Source: Bacilli bacterium
Lineage (GTDB): Bacteria; Bacillota_I; Bacilli_A; RFN20; CAG-826
Assembly: GCA_022641095.1 (NCBI GenBank)
Contig: JALCDB010000001.1
Coordinates: 311,859-375,858 of the forward strand
Length of the DNA stretch: 64,000 nucleotides
Reading direction: 5' to 3'
In this document: piece after piece, positions 52,965 to 63,850 of the stretch
Position numbering within the stretch: the first letter of the stretch is position 1
Layout of the letters: each line of letters begins with the position of its first letter
Translations under genes and position numbers: made by a program
The notes under the pieces: generated by a model
The model's input: the letters and a program-made list of their open reading frames with translations, nothing else
The model's database searches: none
What the model was told of the DNA's origin: nothing

Positions 52965-53833
52965 CAGTTCTTGCCATCCTCGCGGTAGCGAGACAGCTCC
53001 CGGTGGGTGATCAGGCAGTTGAACCGGCCCTTGAAATGGTCATAGAGGTGCTGAGCCACGTAAACGGAACGGTGCTGTCCGCCGCTGCACCCGACGGCGA
53101 TGAAGGCGAAAGCGCGCCCATCCTCGACCGATCCTTTGATGTACTCGCCGACGAGATCGTAGAGTTTCGTCAAAAACGGCGCCGTCTTCGGATCCTTGTC
53201 GATATAGTCGATGACGGGTTGGTCGATGCCCGTGAGTTTCCTAAGCTCAGGGACCCAATAAGGGTTTTTGAGCAGGCGGGCGTCGAGGACGACCTCGCTG
53301 TCGCGAGCCAAGCCGTACTTATACCCGAACGAAGAAAAGACCACCGAAATCGGGGCTTTGCCTTTGCTCTTGCTGAGAAGGTGGGCCGCCAGTTTCCGAA
53401 GGTCCTTCTCGGTGAGGTTCGTGGTATCGATGTAGATGTCGAAGGAAGCCCGGCACCGCTCCATGTCCTCCTCATCCTTTTTGATGGCGTCCAAAAGGGT
53501 GTATCCCCGCGGCTGAAGCGGATGGATGTGACGAGTCAGACGGAAACGGGAAAGAAGCACTTCCTGCGAGCAATCGAGGCCGATCGCGGTAACGTCCAAC
53601 GAAGGGCGTTTCTTGGCTTCGGCGATGATGGAAGGGGCCACGGAGATGTTGACGAAGACGGCCGCCTCCCCGTAGGTGATGGGATCGTTTTCGAAAACCG
53701 TCAGAAGCGAAGGCAGCATTTTGCTGGGAAGATCCTCGACCACGTAGTAGCCAAGTTCCTCGCAAACGCTCGCGAGCGTCGTTCTCCCCGCCCCGGAAAG
53801 CCCGGACACGATGACGAGATTGACCTTGTTCAC
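52964..53833 (-). CDS. rapZ: RNase adapter RapZ/YvcJ
   Basis: GLSGAGRT, SFGYKYG, DARLLKNPYW, GCSGGQHRSV. Confidence 0.92.
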   Translation of the reverse strand: MNKVNLVIVSGLSGAGRTTLASVCEELGYYVVEDLPSKMLPSLLTVFENDPITYGEAAVFVNISVAPSIIAEAKKRPSLDVTAIGLDCSQEVLLSRFRLTRHIHPLQPRGYTLLDAIKKDEEDMERCRASFDIYIDTTNLTEKDLRKLAAHLLSKSKGKAPISVVFSSFGYKYGLARDSEVVLDARLLKNPYWVPELRKLTGIDQPVIDYIDKDPKTAPFLTKLYDLVGEYIKGSVEDGRAFAFIAVGCSGGQHRSVYVAQHLYDHFKGRFNCLITHRELSRYREDGKN

Positions 53834-54741
53834 GCTTTCGCCTCCCGCAAATACGCGATGATTCCGGCGGAGGCGTTGGCTCCATCGCCGGCGGCGGTGA
53901 TCGCCTGGCGGAGGCGTTTAGACACGATGTCACCAGCGGCGAAAAGGCCCGGAACGGCCGACATAAGCGAGGAGTCGACGGGAACGAATCCGTTCTTGAG
54001 GGCCAGGTTAAGGGGAGAAAGAAAAGACGAGGCGCTCTTTTCGCCAAGAAGCGGGAAAACGGCGGAGACCGCCGCCTCCTTTTCGTTTCCCCTCGTTTCG
54101 TAGACGAGCGACTCGACATGGCCTGCGCCCTTGATTTCCAAGGCCTTGGCCTCGTAGACGATCTCAACGTTCGGTCGGCTTAGCAAGGTGGCGACGCTCC
54201 CCGGATCGCCCATCAGTTCTTTTCGTGGGGTGAGATAGAGCAAGCGGTTCGCGAGGGGGGAAAGATAAAGGGCCTCGGCAAGAGAGCGCTCCCCTTCGCC
54301 GATGAGGGCCACGTCCTTCTTGCGGTAAAGGGGCCCATCGCAGGTCGCGCAGTAACTGACGCCCCGCGCCAAGAGGGCTTTCTCGCCCTTAATCGAAGGA
54401 ACGTTCGATAGCCCCGTCGCGACAAGGACCGCTTTGACGAGGTGGCTTTCCTCGTCCGTGTCCACCAAAAAGCCACCCTCGGCCTTGGAAACGCTCTTGA
54501 CGGAAGCGGAGGTCACCTCGACGCCGCTATCAACGGCGCTCTTGACGATGGCCTGCGCCAAAACGAAACCCGGGACTTTCTCAAAGCCCGGATAATTGGC
54601 GATTTCGTTAACGGTGAGAAGCTTGCCTCCGGGGGCGCCTTTCTCGAGCAGAACAAAATCCTTGGAGGCCCGCTTCAGGTAAAGGGCGGCCGTCAGTCCG
54701 GCGCATCCCGCGCCGATTATGGCGATATCATGTCTTTGCAT
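53830..54741 (-). CDS. trxB: Thioredoxin reductase
   Basis: IIGAGCAG, GVSYCATCDG, FAAGD. Confidence 0.9.
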   Translation of the reverse strand: MQRHDIAIIGAGCAGLTAALYLKRASKDFVLLEKGAPGGKLLTVNEIANYPGFEKVPGFVLAQAIVKSAVDSGVEVTSASVKSVSKAEGGFLVDTDEESHLVKAVLVATGLSNVPSIKGEKALLARGVSYCATCDGPLYRKKDVALIGEGERSLAEALYLSPLANRLLYLTPRKELMGDPGSVATLLSRPNVEIVYEAKALEIKGAGHVESLVYETRGNEKEAAVSAVFPLLGEKSASSFLSPLNLALKNGFVPVDSSLMSAVPGLFAAGDIVSKRLRQAITAAGDGANASAGIIAYLREAKA

Positions 54742-54813
54742 CTATTCAATGATAACGCTCCCAAACCCGGGCGCGTAGCATTATGCGTGGCAACAACGCT
54801 TTTCGGCGTGTTT

Positions 54814-56649
54814 TCAGCCTTCGGAAGGAATTTCGGCCACCGAAGTTTTCTTCTTGAGGCGATGGTCGAGATAGGGAATGAAGAGGAAGCCGACGGCGAG
54901 GACCGTCAAAACGATTGTAAGCAAGAAACCGGCCCCGTAGTTGTAGCTGACGGTGACGCCGGTGAGGCTTCCAAAATCGCCCGTTCCGTCCTTTAGGCCC
55001 AAGAAGGCTTTTGAAAACACGAAGAGAATAACCCCCGCCCCGCCAAGGCCGGCGGATATGAGATAGTTACGATAATCGGGCGCTTCAGGATTTTTGCGGG
55101 CTTGAAGAAAGGAATAAACGGCATAGGCCAAGGCGGCGGCCACGAAAAAGTAAGCGACTATAAGGCCGGCGTTGGCCCTCCATCCGTTTCCGCCGAATAT
55201 GAGGTTCATGCCCATATAGTTTTGCGATTCGCTTTCGGTGATGACGCCCAGCGAAATCCGATAGCCGGTGCCTTTGATGCCGGTTAGAAACGGGGTGAAG
55301 AGAGCCGTCGCAAGGCAGCTGGCCGCCGCCACGAAGAAAGGAGCGGATCCCGATCCCGCAACCCTCTTCTCCTTAAAATCGAGAAGATGGTTGAAGACGA
55401 CGAAGCCGGCGCCCAAGATGACATAGACGAGGCTCGACCAAATGGACCACTCGTTGTCGGCGCCCATGTTGTAAGCCGAATCGCGGAACGGCTCCAAAAT
55501 CATGCGGACGATGCCATACCACATGAAATAGCAACCAGCCAAATCGCCTTTGGCGAGATGCCTTTTGAAAGTCTTGCCAATCCCCCAAGCGATAAGGAAA
55601 TAGCCCGCCAGGTTGATGGTTCCCTCAATGAGGAAAAGAGGCACGTGAATCTGCCCGTCGGGCAAACCCATCTGCATGTTTTTTTGAATGAATAAAGGCA
55701 ACCATCCCCAACCGTCGGCGACGTTTACGACTCCCCCGTAGACCTCTTGGTTGAGGAAATTCCCCCACCGCCCGATGCATTGGGCGAGCAAAATCGTCGG
55801 GACGATGACGTCCATAGCCCAACGGATGTTGACGTATTTTCGGCGCAGCATCATGAAGATAACCCCACCGACGACTCCGCCGAGAGCCCCGCCCATGATG
55901 GTGAGTCCACCGTTCCAAATGGCGAAAATCGAGGCTGGATTCTTGTCGAATCCATCGCGCGTCCAATTGCCGATCACATACCAAACGCGAGCCCCGAGAA
56001 CCCCGCAAAGGAAAGCGAAGATGGCCACGTTGTCGAGAATGCCGTGCTTATGGAATTCCTTGTAAAAGCGATGGTCGCCCACCCAATAGCAAACCAAGAC
56101 GCCGAAGAGCATCGTGAAGGCATAGAAAGCGACATGGAAATCGCCGCCGCTATAACCGCCACGAACCCACGCGAACCCTCTGGATGAGATGGTGAAGCCG
56201 CTCACGAGGGGGTAAGTGATGTAAGGCGCGCAGCCTTGGGTCCACAGCAGGAAAAAGACAAAGACGAGCGGAATGCCGACAAACATCATGACACGGCATA
56301 GTTTCCGCTGCCGCGGCTCCATCTTGGGCTTGTAGTAATAAAGGTAGAAACTAAGCCAAAGGACGACGTTCGATAAGGCAAGAAAAAAAGCGCCGATACA
56401 AGCCATGCTGGCATAAAGCGGGTACGAATAGTCGGCGTTCGTTTCCCATGAGGGGTTGAAAAGATTGATCGATACCTGCGTCAAAAGGGCGCCGATGGAA
56501 ATGGCGGCCGCGCAAACGGCGAAAACGGCTTTATCGCGCCTAAGAAGGGACGAGCGCGCCGATTTGGCGAACTTCTTTTGCGTGCGGATGAGGTAGACGG
56601 TTCCACCAAGAAGGAGAACCAAACCGATGACGAGAGCGGCGATAGCCAT
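54814..56649 (-). CDS. lgt: Prolipoprotein diacylglyceryl transferase, extended form
   Basis: GARVWY, GGLTIMG, QCIGRWGNFLNQEVYG, PLFLIE, YGIVR; extra TM segments at both ends. Confidence 0.9.
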   Translation of the reverse strand: MAIAALVIGLVLLLGGTVYLIRTQKKFAKSARSSLLRRDKAVFAVCAAAISIGALLTQVSINLFNPSWETNADYSYPLYASMACIGAFFLALSNVVLWLSFYLYYYKPKMEPRQRKLCRVMMFVGIPLVFVFFLLWTQGCAPYITYPLVSGFTISSRGFAWVRGGYSGGDFHVAFYAFTMLFGVLVCYWVGDHRFYKEFHKHGILDNVAIFAFLCGVLGARVWYVIGNWTRDGFDKNPASIFAIWNGGLTIMGGALGGVVGGVIFMMLRRKYVNIRWAMDVIVPTILLAQCIGRWGNFLNQEVYGGVVNVADGWGWLPLFIQKNMQMGLPDGQIHVPLFLIEGTINLAGYFLIAWGIGKTFKRHLAKGDLAGCYFMWYGIVRMILEPFRDSAYNMGADNEWSIWSSLVYVILGAGFVVFNHLLDFKEKRVAGSGSAPFFVAAASCLATALFTPFLTGIKGTGYRISLGVITESESQNYMGMNLIFGGNGWRANAGLIVAYFFVAAALAYAVYSFLQARKNPEAPDYRNYLISAGLGGAGVILFVFSKAFLGLKDGTGDFGSLTGVTVSYNYGAGFLLTIVLTVLAVGFLFIPYLDHRLKKKTSVAEIPSEG

Positions 56650-56669
56650 AGTGATATCTTAACGGACTT

Positions 56670-59537
56670 TCATCCGATTTGCCCCTTTTCTTTTTCTCGG
56701 GCGAGGATTTCCTTCAAATAGCGGCCTGTATAGGACTTCTCGCACTCCGCCACCCGTTCCGGGGTCCCTTCCACCACCAACGAGCCGCCACGATAGCCTC
56801 CTTCGGGCCCCAGGTCGATGATGGTATCGGCCACTTTGATGACATCCAGGTTGTGCTCGATCACGATCACGGTGTCCCCGTGGCTGACGAGCGATTGCAA
56901 AACGGAAACGAGGCGCTTGACGTCGTCGGTATGAAGACCTGTAGTGGGCTCGTCAAGGACATAGACGGTCTTCCCCGTCGGACGACGCTGAAGCTGACTC
57001 GCCAGTTTGACGCGTTGGGACTCGCCCCCGGAAAGGGTGGTCGCGGCCTGACCGAGCTTGATGTAACCCAAACCAACGTCATAGAGCGTTTTGATTCGGT
57101 GGAGAATCTGCGGCCGGTTCTCAAAGAAATGCAGGGCTTCCTCGACGCGCATCTCCAAAACGTCGTGGATGTTCTTGCCTTTATACGTGCAAGCCAGGGT
57201 CTCCTCGTTGTAGCGCATGCCATCGCATTCATCGCATTTGACGTAAACGTCCGGCAGGAAGTTCATCGGGATCCAAACGACGCCGGCCCCTTGGCATTTC
57301 TCGCAACGGCCGCCAGGCACATTGAAACTGAAACGACCTTTGTCGAAGCCGCGGGCCCGGGCCCCCTCGGTCTCGGCGAAAAGGGCGCGGATGTCATCGA
57401 ACAGTTTGGTGTAGGTCGCCGGGTTGCTGCGCGGAGTGCGGCCTATAGGTTCCTGATCGATGTCGACGACTTTGTCGATGTTCTGCAATCCTTCGATGGA
57501 TTTATAGGCCCCAGGGAAGGTTTCCTCGCCCGTCATTCTCTTTTTGATGGCTTTGACGAGCGTCTCGTTGATAAGCGAGCTTTTGCCGCTTCCGGAAACG
57601 CCGGTCACGACGATGAATTCGCCCAAAGGGAATTTCACCGTAATGTTCTTGAGGTTATGGCAACTGGCGCCTTTGATGACGATGCTCTTGCCGTTGCCCC
57701 TTCTCCGTTTGGGGGGGATGGGGATGAACTTGCGGCCCGAAAGGTAATCGCCGGTGATGCTGTCGCCGGCGTTCTCGATGTCTTTGACGGACCCGGCGGC
57801 CACCACTTCGCCCCCATGAACCCCGGCCCCCGGCCCGATGTCGACCAAATAATCGGCGGCGCGCATCGTCTCTTCGTCATGCTCGACGACGATCAAAGTG
57901 TTTCCCAAATCGCGCATCTCTTTGAGGGTGGCGATAAGTTTTTGGTTATCGCGTTCATGGAGGCCGATCGAGGGCTCGTCGAGGACGTAAAGAACCCCGG
58001 AAAGCCGGCTTCCGATCTGAGTGGCGAGGCGGATGCGTTGGGCCTCCCCGCCCGAAAGGGTCATGGCCAAGCGGTCGAGAGTCAGGTAATCGAGGCCGAC
58101 GTCGACGAGGAACTTCGCCCGGTTACGAATCTCTTTGAGGACCATCGAGGCGATTTTCGTCTGATTCGGGGTCAACGTCTCCCCAATCCCGTCAAGGTAA
58201 ACCAACAGCTTGTCGATCGACAGTTGCGTGACCTCGTAAATGCTTAGGCCGTTCACCTTCACGGAAAGGGCCTGCTCGTTAAGCCGCGCGCCATGGCAGG
58301 TTTCGCAAACGTCGTCGCGCATGAAGGACTCGTAATACGGCAGCATCCATTTGCTCGTGGTCCCGTTATAAAGCCGCTCGATTTTCGTCTTCACGCCTTC
58401 GATCGGCCCTTTGTGATGGGTTTGGTTGCCGCTTGAGGAAGTCAGAACGTGGTTTATGTCTTCCTTGGAGCCGAAAAGGATAATATCCCGCTGCTTCTCG
58501 CTCAGATCCTGCCACGGCACGTCGTAAGGAATATGGTAATGGTCCATGAGGACGCAGAATTCCTGCCATTCGAGATTGGCGGTCCCGACGACGTTCTTGT
58601 AGAAACGGATCGCCCCTTGGTTGATCGTCTTGGTCGGGTCGGGGACCAAAAGGTCCACCGCCACCGATCGATCGATCCCAAGGCCTTTGCAAGTCGGGCA
58701 ATAGCCTAATGGGGCATTGAAAGAAAAAAGACGAGGTTCGAGCTTAGGGATGGAAAAGCCGCAAATCGGGCACGAATGGTTGCTGGAGAGGAGTTTCTCG
58801 CCTTCGTCGGAAACGATCGTGAGTTCCCCGTGCCCCCAGTCCAGCGCGAGGTCGACGTCTTCCGCCACGCGGCTGCGCAAACCATCTTTCATGACGAGGC
58901 GATCGATGACGATGTCGATGTCGTGACGACCGTTTTTCTCAAGCTCGGGAGCCTCTTCCATAAGGCAAGTGGTCCCATCGACGCGAAGGCGCGCGAAACC
59001 CTGCGCCTTCAGTTTGGCCAAAGTGCTCTTGTGGGTGCCTTTCTCATGCTTGACGACCGGGGCGAGGATTTGAATCCGCGACCCTTCTTTGTATTTAAGA
59101 ATCGTATCGGTCATCTCGGCCGGCGTCGTGGCGACGATGGGGATGTGGTGATGCGGGCAATAAGGGACGCCGACGCGGGCGAAAAGAAGGCGGAGGAAAT
59201 CGTAGATCTCCGTCACCGTCGCCACGGTCGAGCGCGGGTTGTGCGAAGTGGTCTTCTGATCGATCGAAATGGCGGGCGAGAGCCCCTCGATGCTGTCGAC
59301 GTCGGGTTTGTCGACTCCGCCGAGGAACTGGCGGGCATACGGGGAAAGCGATTCGACGTAGCGACGCTGCCCTTCGGCGTAGATGGTGTCGAAAGCCAAA
59401 GTGGATTTGCCGCTTCCGGAAAGACCGGTGAAAACGGTCAGGGTATCCTTGGGGATCGCAACGTCAAGGTTCTTGAGGTTGTTCTCCCGCGCCCCCTTGA
59501 CGATGATGTAATGTTTGCTGTCGATCGTTTTATCCAT
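56670..59537 (-). CDS. uvrA: Excinuclease ABC subunit A
   Basis: Two ABC cassettes (GLSGSGKS, GVSGSGKS, LSGGE), zinc fingers. Confidence 0.98.
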   Translation of the reverse strand: MDKTIDSKHYIIVKGARENNLKNLDVAIPKDTLTVFTGLSGSGKSTLAFDTIYAEGQRRYVESLSPYARQFLGGVDKPDVDSIEGLSPAISIDQKTTSHNPRSTVATVTEIYDFLRLLFARVGVPYCPHHHIPIVATTPAEMTDTILKYKEGSRIQILAPVVKHEKGTHKSTLAKLKAQGFARLRVDGTTCLMEEAPELEKNGRHDIDIVIDRLVMKDGLRSRVAEDVDLALDWGHGELTIVSDEGEKLLSSNHSCPICGFSIPKLEPRLFSFNAPLGYCPTCKGLGIDRSVAVDLLVPDPTKTINQGAIRFYKNVVGTANLEWQEFCVLMDHYHIPYDVPWQDLSEKQRDIILFGSKEDINHVLTSSSGNQTHHKGPIEGVKTKIERLYNGTTSKWMLPYYESFMRDDVCETCHGARLNEQALSVKVNGLSIYEVTQLSIDKLLVYLDGIGETLTPNQTKIASMVLKEIRNRAKFLVDVGLDYLTLDRLAMTLSGGEAQRIRLATQIGSRLSGVLYVLDEPSIGLHERDNQKLIATLKEMRDLGNTLIVVEHDEETMRAADYLVDIGPGAGVHGGEVVAAGSVKDIENAGDSITGDYLSGRKFIPIPPKRRRGNGKSIVIKGASCHNLKNITVKFPLGEFIVVTGVSGSGKSSLINETLVKAIKKRMTGEETFPGAYKSIEGLQNIDKVVDIDQEPIGRTPRSNPATYTKLFDDIRALFAETEGARARGFDKGRFSFNVPGGRCEKCQGAGVVWIPMNFLPDVYVKCDECDGMRYNEETLACTYKGKNIHDVLEMRVEEALHFFENRPQILHRIKTLYDVGLGYIKLGQAATTLSGGESQRVKLASQLQRRPTGKTVYVLDEPTTGLHTDDVKRLVSVLQSLVSHGDTVIVIEHNLDVIKVADTIIDLGPEGGYRGGSLVVEGTPERVAECEKSYTGRYLKEILAREKEKGQIG

Positions 59538-59828
59538 AATGCGGGTTTATTATACCTGCCTGCGTATGCGCAAGCACGGGAAATGTCTTGCGATAAAATA
59601 AAGAAAACCGATTGTGGGTTTTACGTCGTAAACGGAACATAGTGCACGCGAGGCAGATTAAAAAAAACACTGGTTTCTTTTCGTTTTTAAAAGACAAGAA
59701 AAGCAAACATCGGATACGAAAAAGCAATAGGGCTATGTCTTTTTGCGCCTTTGCCCAAAGAAACGAGCCGAAACCAAAGCCGCTTTCTTTGTGGCAAAGG
59801 CTTAGCATTTGAGTATAATTACTTTCGC

Positions 59829-59905
59829 CGGGACGTAGCACAGCTTGGTAGTGCACTACCTTGGGGTGGTAGGGGTCATGGGTTCGAATCCCACCGTTCC
59901 GACCA
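59829..59905 (+). tRNA. tRNA-Pro (anticodon GGG)
   Basis: CGGGACGTAGCACAGCTTGGTAGTGCACTACCTTGGGGTGGTAGGGGTCATGGGTTCGAATCCCACCGTTCCGACCA cloverleaf. Confidence 0.97.
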
Positions 59906-60395
59906 TTAAAAAATTAAGCGCTGTTTATCGGCGCTTTTTTGTATTGTAAAACACCAGCCACTGATAGAGGCACTTCATGACAATAGTTTGCGAACGAAAA
60001 ACTTCATCGGCAAAAATTCTGAGTTCAGTGCCAACCAATTCCATCGAAATCACGCTTCCGTTCAATACTCAGCAAAAAAGGACAAGAAAGAATCAACCAC
60101 CAGGTGTTGATGTCCGTAAGCGCTCCGATTTTCTTTAGACTTCAAGAATAAAAAGATTTCCAAAGTCAAAGCGGCCATGGTTGGACGCCTGCTACTGGAT
60201 GCCCATTTCGTTTCTAATATTTTCCGAGGCGACTTTAAGCGTTAAAAAGTTAGATGTTTCTTAATTTTTTGTGGACAAAAATCGCTACATTGGCAAACGC
60301 GAAAAGAACCATTGAGGGATTCCCACTCTCGGCATTCGCCTTGCACGAGGGTCCGAAATCGGATTTTCTTCCGTTTCTATAAAGAAAATGTGGAT

Positions 60396-61628
60396 TCACA
60401 AAATGGAGAACGGCAAAAGCGACCATCCGCCGCTAGAGGCGATGAATTTATCATCACGGGAGCAAAGGATAAGGCGGGCTGTCTCGCTAAGGGAAAACTT
60501 CGTAAGCGGATCGCTGGAAGGGATTTTCGGATTAGCCGAGTTTTTGATTTCAAGGGGAAACAGCCTCTCGTTATCCGCGAAGAGGAGATCGAATTCCTTT
60601 TGGTCAAAATCGCGGTAGTAGAAAAGACAATCAAGGCGGGTATGGGTATTATGGTGGCTCTTCACTATTTCGCTCACAACGTAGTTCTCGAGATAATGGC
60701 CACTCATCGCGCCAATCTCCAGTTGCTCCGCGCTCAGCCAACGGGAAAGATAGGCCGCTAAACCCGTGTCCATGAAATAGAGTTTTGGCGCTTTCACCAA
60801 ACGTCTCGAAACGACATTGGAATAGGGCTTCAAGAAATAAAGGATGCCCGTGTTCTCTAGGATCGAAAGCCATGAAACGATTGTTTTGACATTCACCCCC
60901 AAGGCCGTCGAGGCGTTCGCCACGACAAATTGCTGGCCCACAAATCCAGCGCAATAGGCGATGAAATCATTAAAGGGGACCGCGCTTTTCTCTGCAATCA
61001 GACCTGAAACGTCTTTTTTGATGTAGGTGTCGATATAAGATGCGTAAAAATCATCTGGGTTTTTCTCTGGATGGTCGTAGAGTTCAGGGTAACCGCCCCT
61101 AAATATTTTTTGGTAGAGTTCGTGGGGTCCTAACGCCGGTCCGTTCCGCTTTGTCACGTCTTTGAAGAGCGGATCGAAGACCTCTTCGTCCCGGCCCTCG
61201 ATTTCTTCTTTGGAAAGCGTGCTCATTTCCAAAAACGCCACCCTTCCGGCCATGGATTCCTGCGTCCTTTTCAATAGTTCGGTTTTGTTGGATCCCGAGA
61301 GCCAAAACAAACCATAAACGCTCTCGCCTTTGGCTTTTCGCTCTTCGATGATATGCAAAATTTCCGGAAAGAGGGCTGGCGCGTTCTGCGCCTCGTCAAT
61401 GAAAAGAGGCAATCCATGATTCAATAAATAACCGCGAGGGTCTTCTTCGGCCAAGGACGTTTCGCTCAGAGTGTCAACGCTGGCCTCGTGGAAGCCTTTG
61501 GGGAGAATGTGTCGCAGCATTGTGCTCTTCCCGCATTGTCGGACGCCGATGACGCAAACGACTGGGAACTCTTCGCTTAAGCGAACCACTATTTTTTCAA
61601 GTTTACGGGTAATATACATATCGTTCAT
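60396..61628 (-). CDS. AAA ATPase with C-terminal DUF4143-type nuclease-like domain
   Basis: GVRQCGKST, FIDEAQ, ESMAGR, GGYP, PKLYFMDTGL, EN.V, YYRD..QKEFDL..EIK. Confidence 0.9.
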   Translation of the reverse strand: MNDMYITRKLEKIVVRLSEEFPVVCVIGVRQCGKSTMLRHILPKGFHEASVDTLSETSLAEEDPRGYLLNHGLPLFIDEAQNAPALFPEILHIIEERKAKGESVYGLFWLSGSNKTELLKRTQESMAGRVAFLEMSTLSKEEIEGRDEEVFDPLFKDVTKRNGPALGPHELYQKIFRGGYPELYDHPEKNPDDFYASYIDTYIKKDVSGLIAEKSAVPFNDFIAYCAGFVGQQFVVANASTALGVNVKTIVSWLSILENTGILYFLKPYSNVVSRRLVKAPKLYFMDTGLAAYLSRWLSAEQLEIGAMSGHYLENYVVSEIVKSHHNTHTRLDCLFYYRDFDQKEFDLLFADNERLFPLEIKNSANPKIPSSDPLTKFSLSETARLILCSRDDKFIASSGGWSLLPFSIL

Positions 61629-62005
61629 TTATCCATTGCGATACCATTTTACACGCTTATTTAAAAACATCAAGAAACGCCTGCACTTGGGTAATATTTC
61701 GCAAATGCGAACGACGGGAGAAAAGAGAAATCCCGATGTTTCGTCGCTAACATAAAAGAAGAGAGTTCAACCGAAAATAAAGAAGCACAACAACGGACGA
61801 AGGCAGTCTCAGTTCTGTTTGGCGTAACCTTCCCATAAGAAAAACCTTCCGTTTTTTTCAATGACAACGTAAAAATTCGCAAAAGCGCTCACCACTAGCG
61901 TTCTTATAAACCCTTCTAAAGACATCGAAAGCCGATTTCAAAACTTACATTATCAAAAATGACAAAACAAGTTTTACCATTGCTCGCCCATTAGAAAATA
62001 AAGCA

Positions 62006-62449
62006 CTATTTTTTAGTGCCTGAAAAAATTGCTTCTTCAAAGACTTTGTGGCGGTAATCTCTGGAAGCGACATCTCCCCCTATTGCTCTCGCCGCGTCAC
62101 GTTTGTCATATTCCTTAAGAGCTTTCTGTCTCGCTGTTTTAGCTGAGATCTGCCAAGGCTCCGACAGTAGAAACATAGAAGATACATAATAAAGAATCCC
62201 ACCACTCCCCTTTTCGCCTAGACTCATTTCGAACATGTAGGCCTGACTTACAGGCTGCCCCTTTTTCGCACTCACCATCGGAATAAATGTTTTTGATATG
62301 AGAGGCGAGTTCTGGAGCGATGTCTGATAGAAATCCGCCAAAGCGGCCCGCGTCATCCAAACGTTATCTCCGCTCAAAAGCACTTCAACTTTATCGCTTT
62401 TTTTGGTAATTCGTAAATAAGCATCTTGCCTTACTCGTCCGTCATCCAT
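62006..62449 (-). pseudogene. RhuM-family remnant (frameshifted and internally deleted)
   Basis: NVWMT...FYQTS / HIKNIYSDGE in different frames, followed closely by a C-terminal ISAKTARQKALKEYDK. Confidence 0.65.
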
Positions 62450-62562
62450 GTCATTTTCTTTCTGAAAACAGTTACCATGCCTGGCATGATTCGCAGTTCT
62501 TTTTTAGGGATGGCGCAGTCCATCGTCGAGTATGGACTGTTTTGCCCCTGATTGACCTTTGC

Positions 62563-63516
62563 TCACGATAAAAGAAAACCCATGGTAATTGCCACCATCG
62601 TTTCCTTTTCATTGGAGTCGCTTTCCGCAATAAGCAAAGTCAAAGAAGCCAATGCGTCATTAGAAATCCTGAGAGCCCTTCCTTTCTTGAGCAAAGCGTT
62701 GTTTTTTCGCAAAAACTCTAAGAAAAGAATAGCGGCTATTCGTTTGTTTCCATCGGCAAAAGTGATCCTTATCCGCGAAATAAAAAAGGTTAGCGGCTTT
62801 CTCTTCGACCGAATGGCAGAGTTCCTTGCCAAAGACATTCTGTTGAATTTGGTCGAGGATTCCTTTGAGTTGGCCCGGCTCTTTCTCTTTTCCGAACAAA
62901 TCGTGACGGGATGAAAAACGACTGGCTTCGATCATTCCCTTTGCCTCTTCATAGCCGATATATAAGACTTTGCTCGGCAAAGGGGCTTTTGGCTTCGACA
63001 ATCTCCCATGATCGTACTCATCAAGCGTGCCTAGCGCGCCCTCATAGGCTTTGATAACAGACGGTATCTCTTCTGAATCCCTGCCTGCCTTTTCAGATGC
63101 ACTAGAAATAAAGGCTTTCTGAACCGAGATGGTGCGTTGTAACGCGGCTAATCTCTTCCCATTAACGGCCTACCCTCGAACCATGTAATCCTTTAAAACT
63201 TTGGGGGCCCACTTTCGGAAAGCGACTCCGTTTGAAGAATGGACCCGATATCCAACTGAAATGATAACGTCCAAATTATAGTAAAGTGGTGGCCTTGATA
63301 CGGTTTTAAGGCTTCGGTCGAATTTTTCGACGGAAGTATCGAAATCTAATTCTTCTTCCTTGAAACCATTAGAAACATGATAGGAAATGGCAACCTAGAT
63401 GATTGAAAAAGGGCAGACATTCGATCAAGCGTCAGCCAAACGCTCTCATGATTTTCCGAAACAGCGACACCGAGGCTTAGCGATCCGTTAACAAATCTAA
63501 TGATTTCGCTTTTCAT
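62563..63516 (-). pseudogene. RhuM/Fic-Doc fusion protein pseudogene
   Basis: VWLT, YNLDVIISVGYRV..FRKWA, in-frame TAG at 63170-63172, EEKAANL, frameshifted KDH/FADGNKR Fic motif. Confidence 0.85.
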
Positions 63517-63850
63517 GATTCTAATATGACATTCCTAACAAGAATGGAAGAGCCGGTTTCCATTCATAAACTCTGGTTGCCTTCTCAAGTTAATTTTCTT
63601 TTGCTTTGGCTCTTCTAACTTCGCTGCTTATTGGAAATATAGGGTTGAGAGGAATCCAAAGTTTGAACTTACGTTTACGACGTTGTATCTACCCGCCATG
63701 TCAGCACTAACTTCTTGAAGAGCGTCATCCACAAGTAAATAGAAGATAGTCTCACTGGCTTTTGGGTTAGTGGCCACCTCAGCAAAACGCTATCTAGCGG
63801 TTGATGAAGTGGTCCCTTCTCCTAGTCAGGAACGGGAAACCTCCGCAAGA

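Larger units (their letters stand above)
59906..63850. mobile_element. AT-richer accessory islet downstream of tRNA-Pro(GGG)
   Basis: Visible drop in GC, long non-coding stretches, pseudogenes; no integrase or att repeat seen. Confidence 0.5.

Noticed and set aside
53780-53810. RapZ Walker A with Arg instead of Lys (GAGRT)
   Set aside because: This variant is known in other RapZ/YvcJ homologues; weak evidence of novelty
63520-63850. Expected att direct repeat of the tRNA-Pro(GGG) 3' end closing the right islet
   Set aside because: No GTTCCGACCA-like copy found by eye, so the islet boundary rests on composition only
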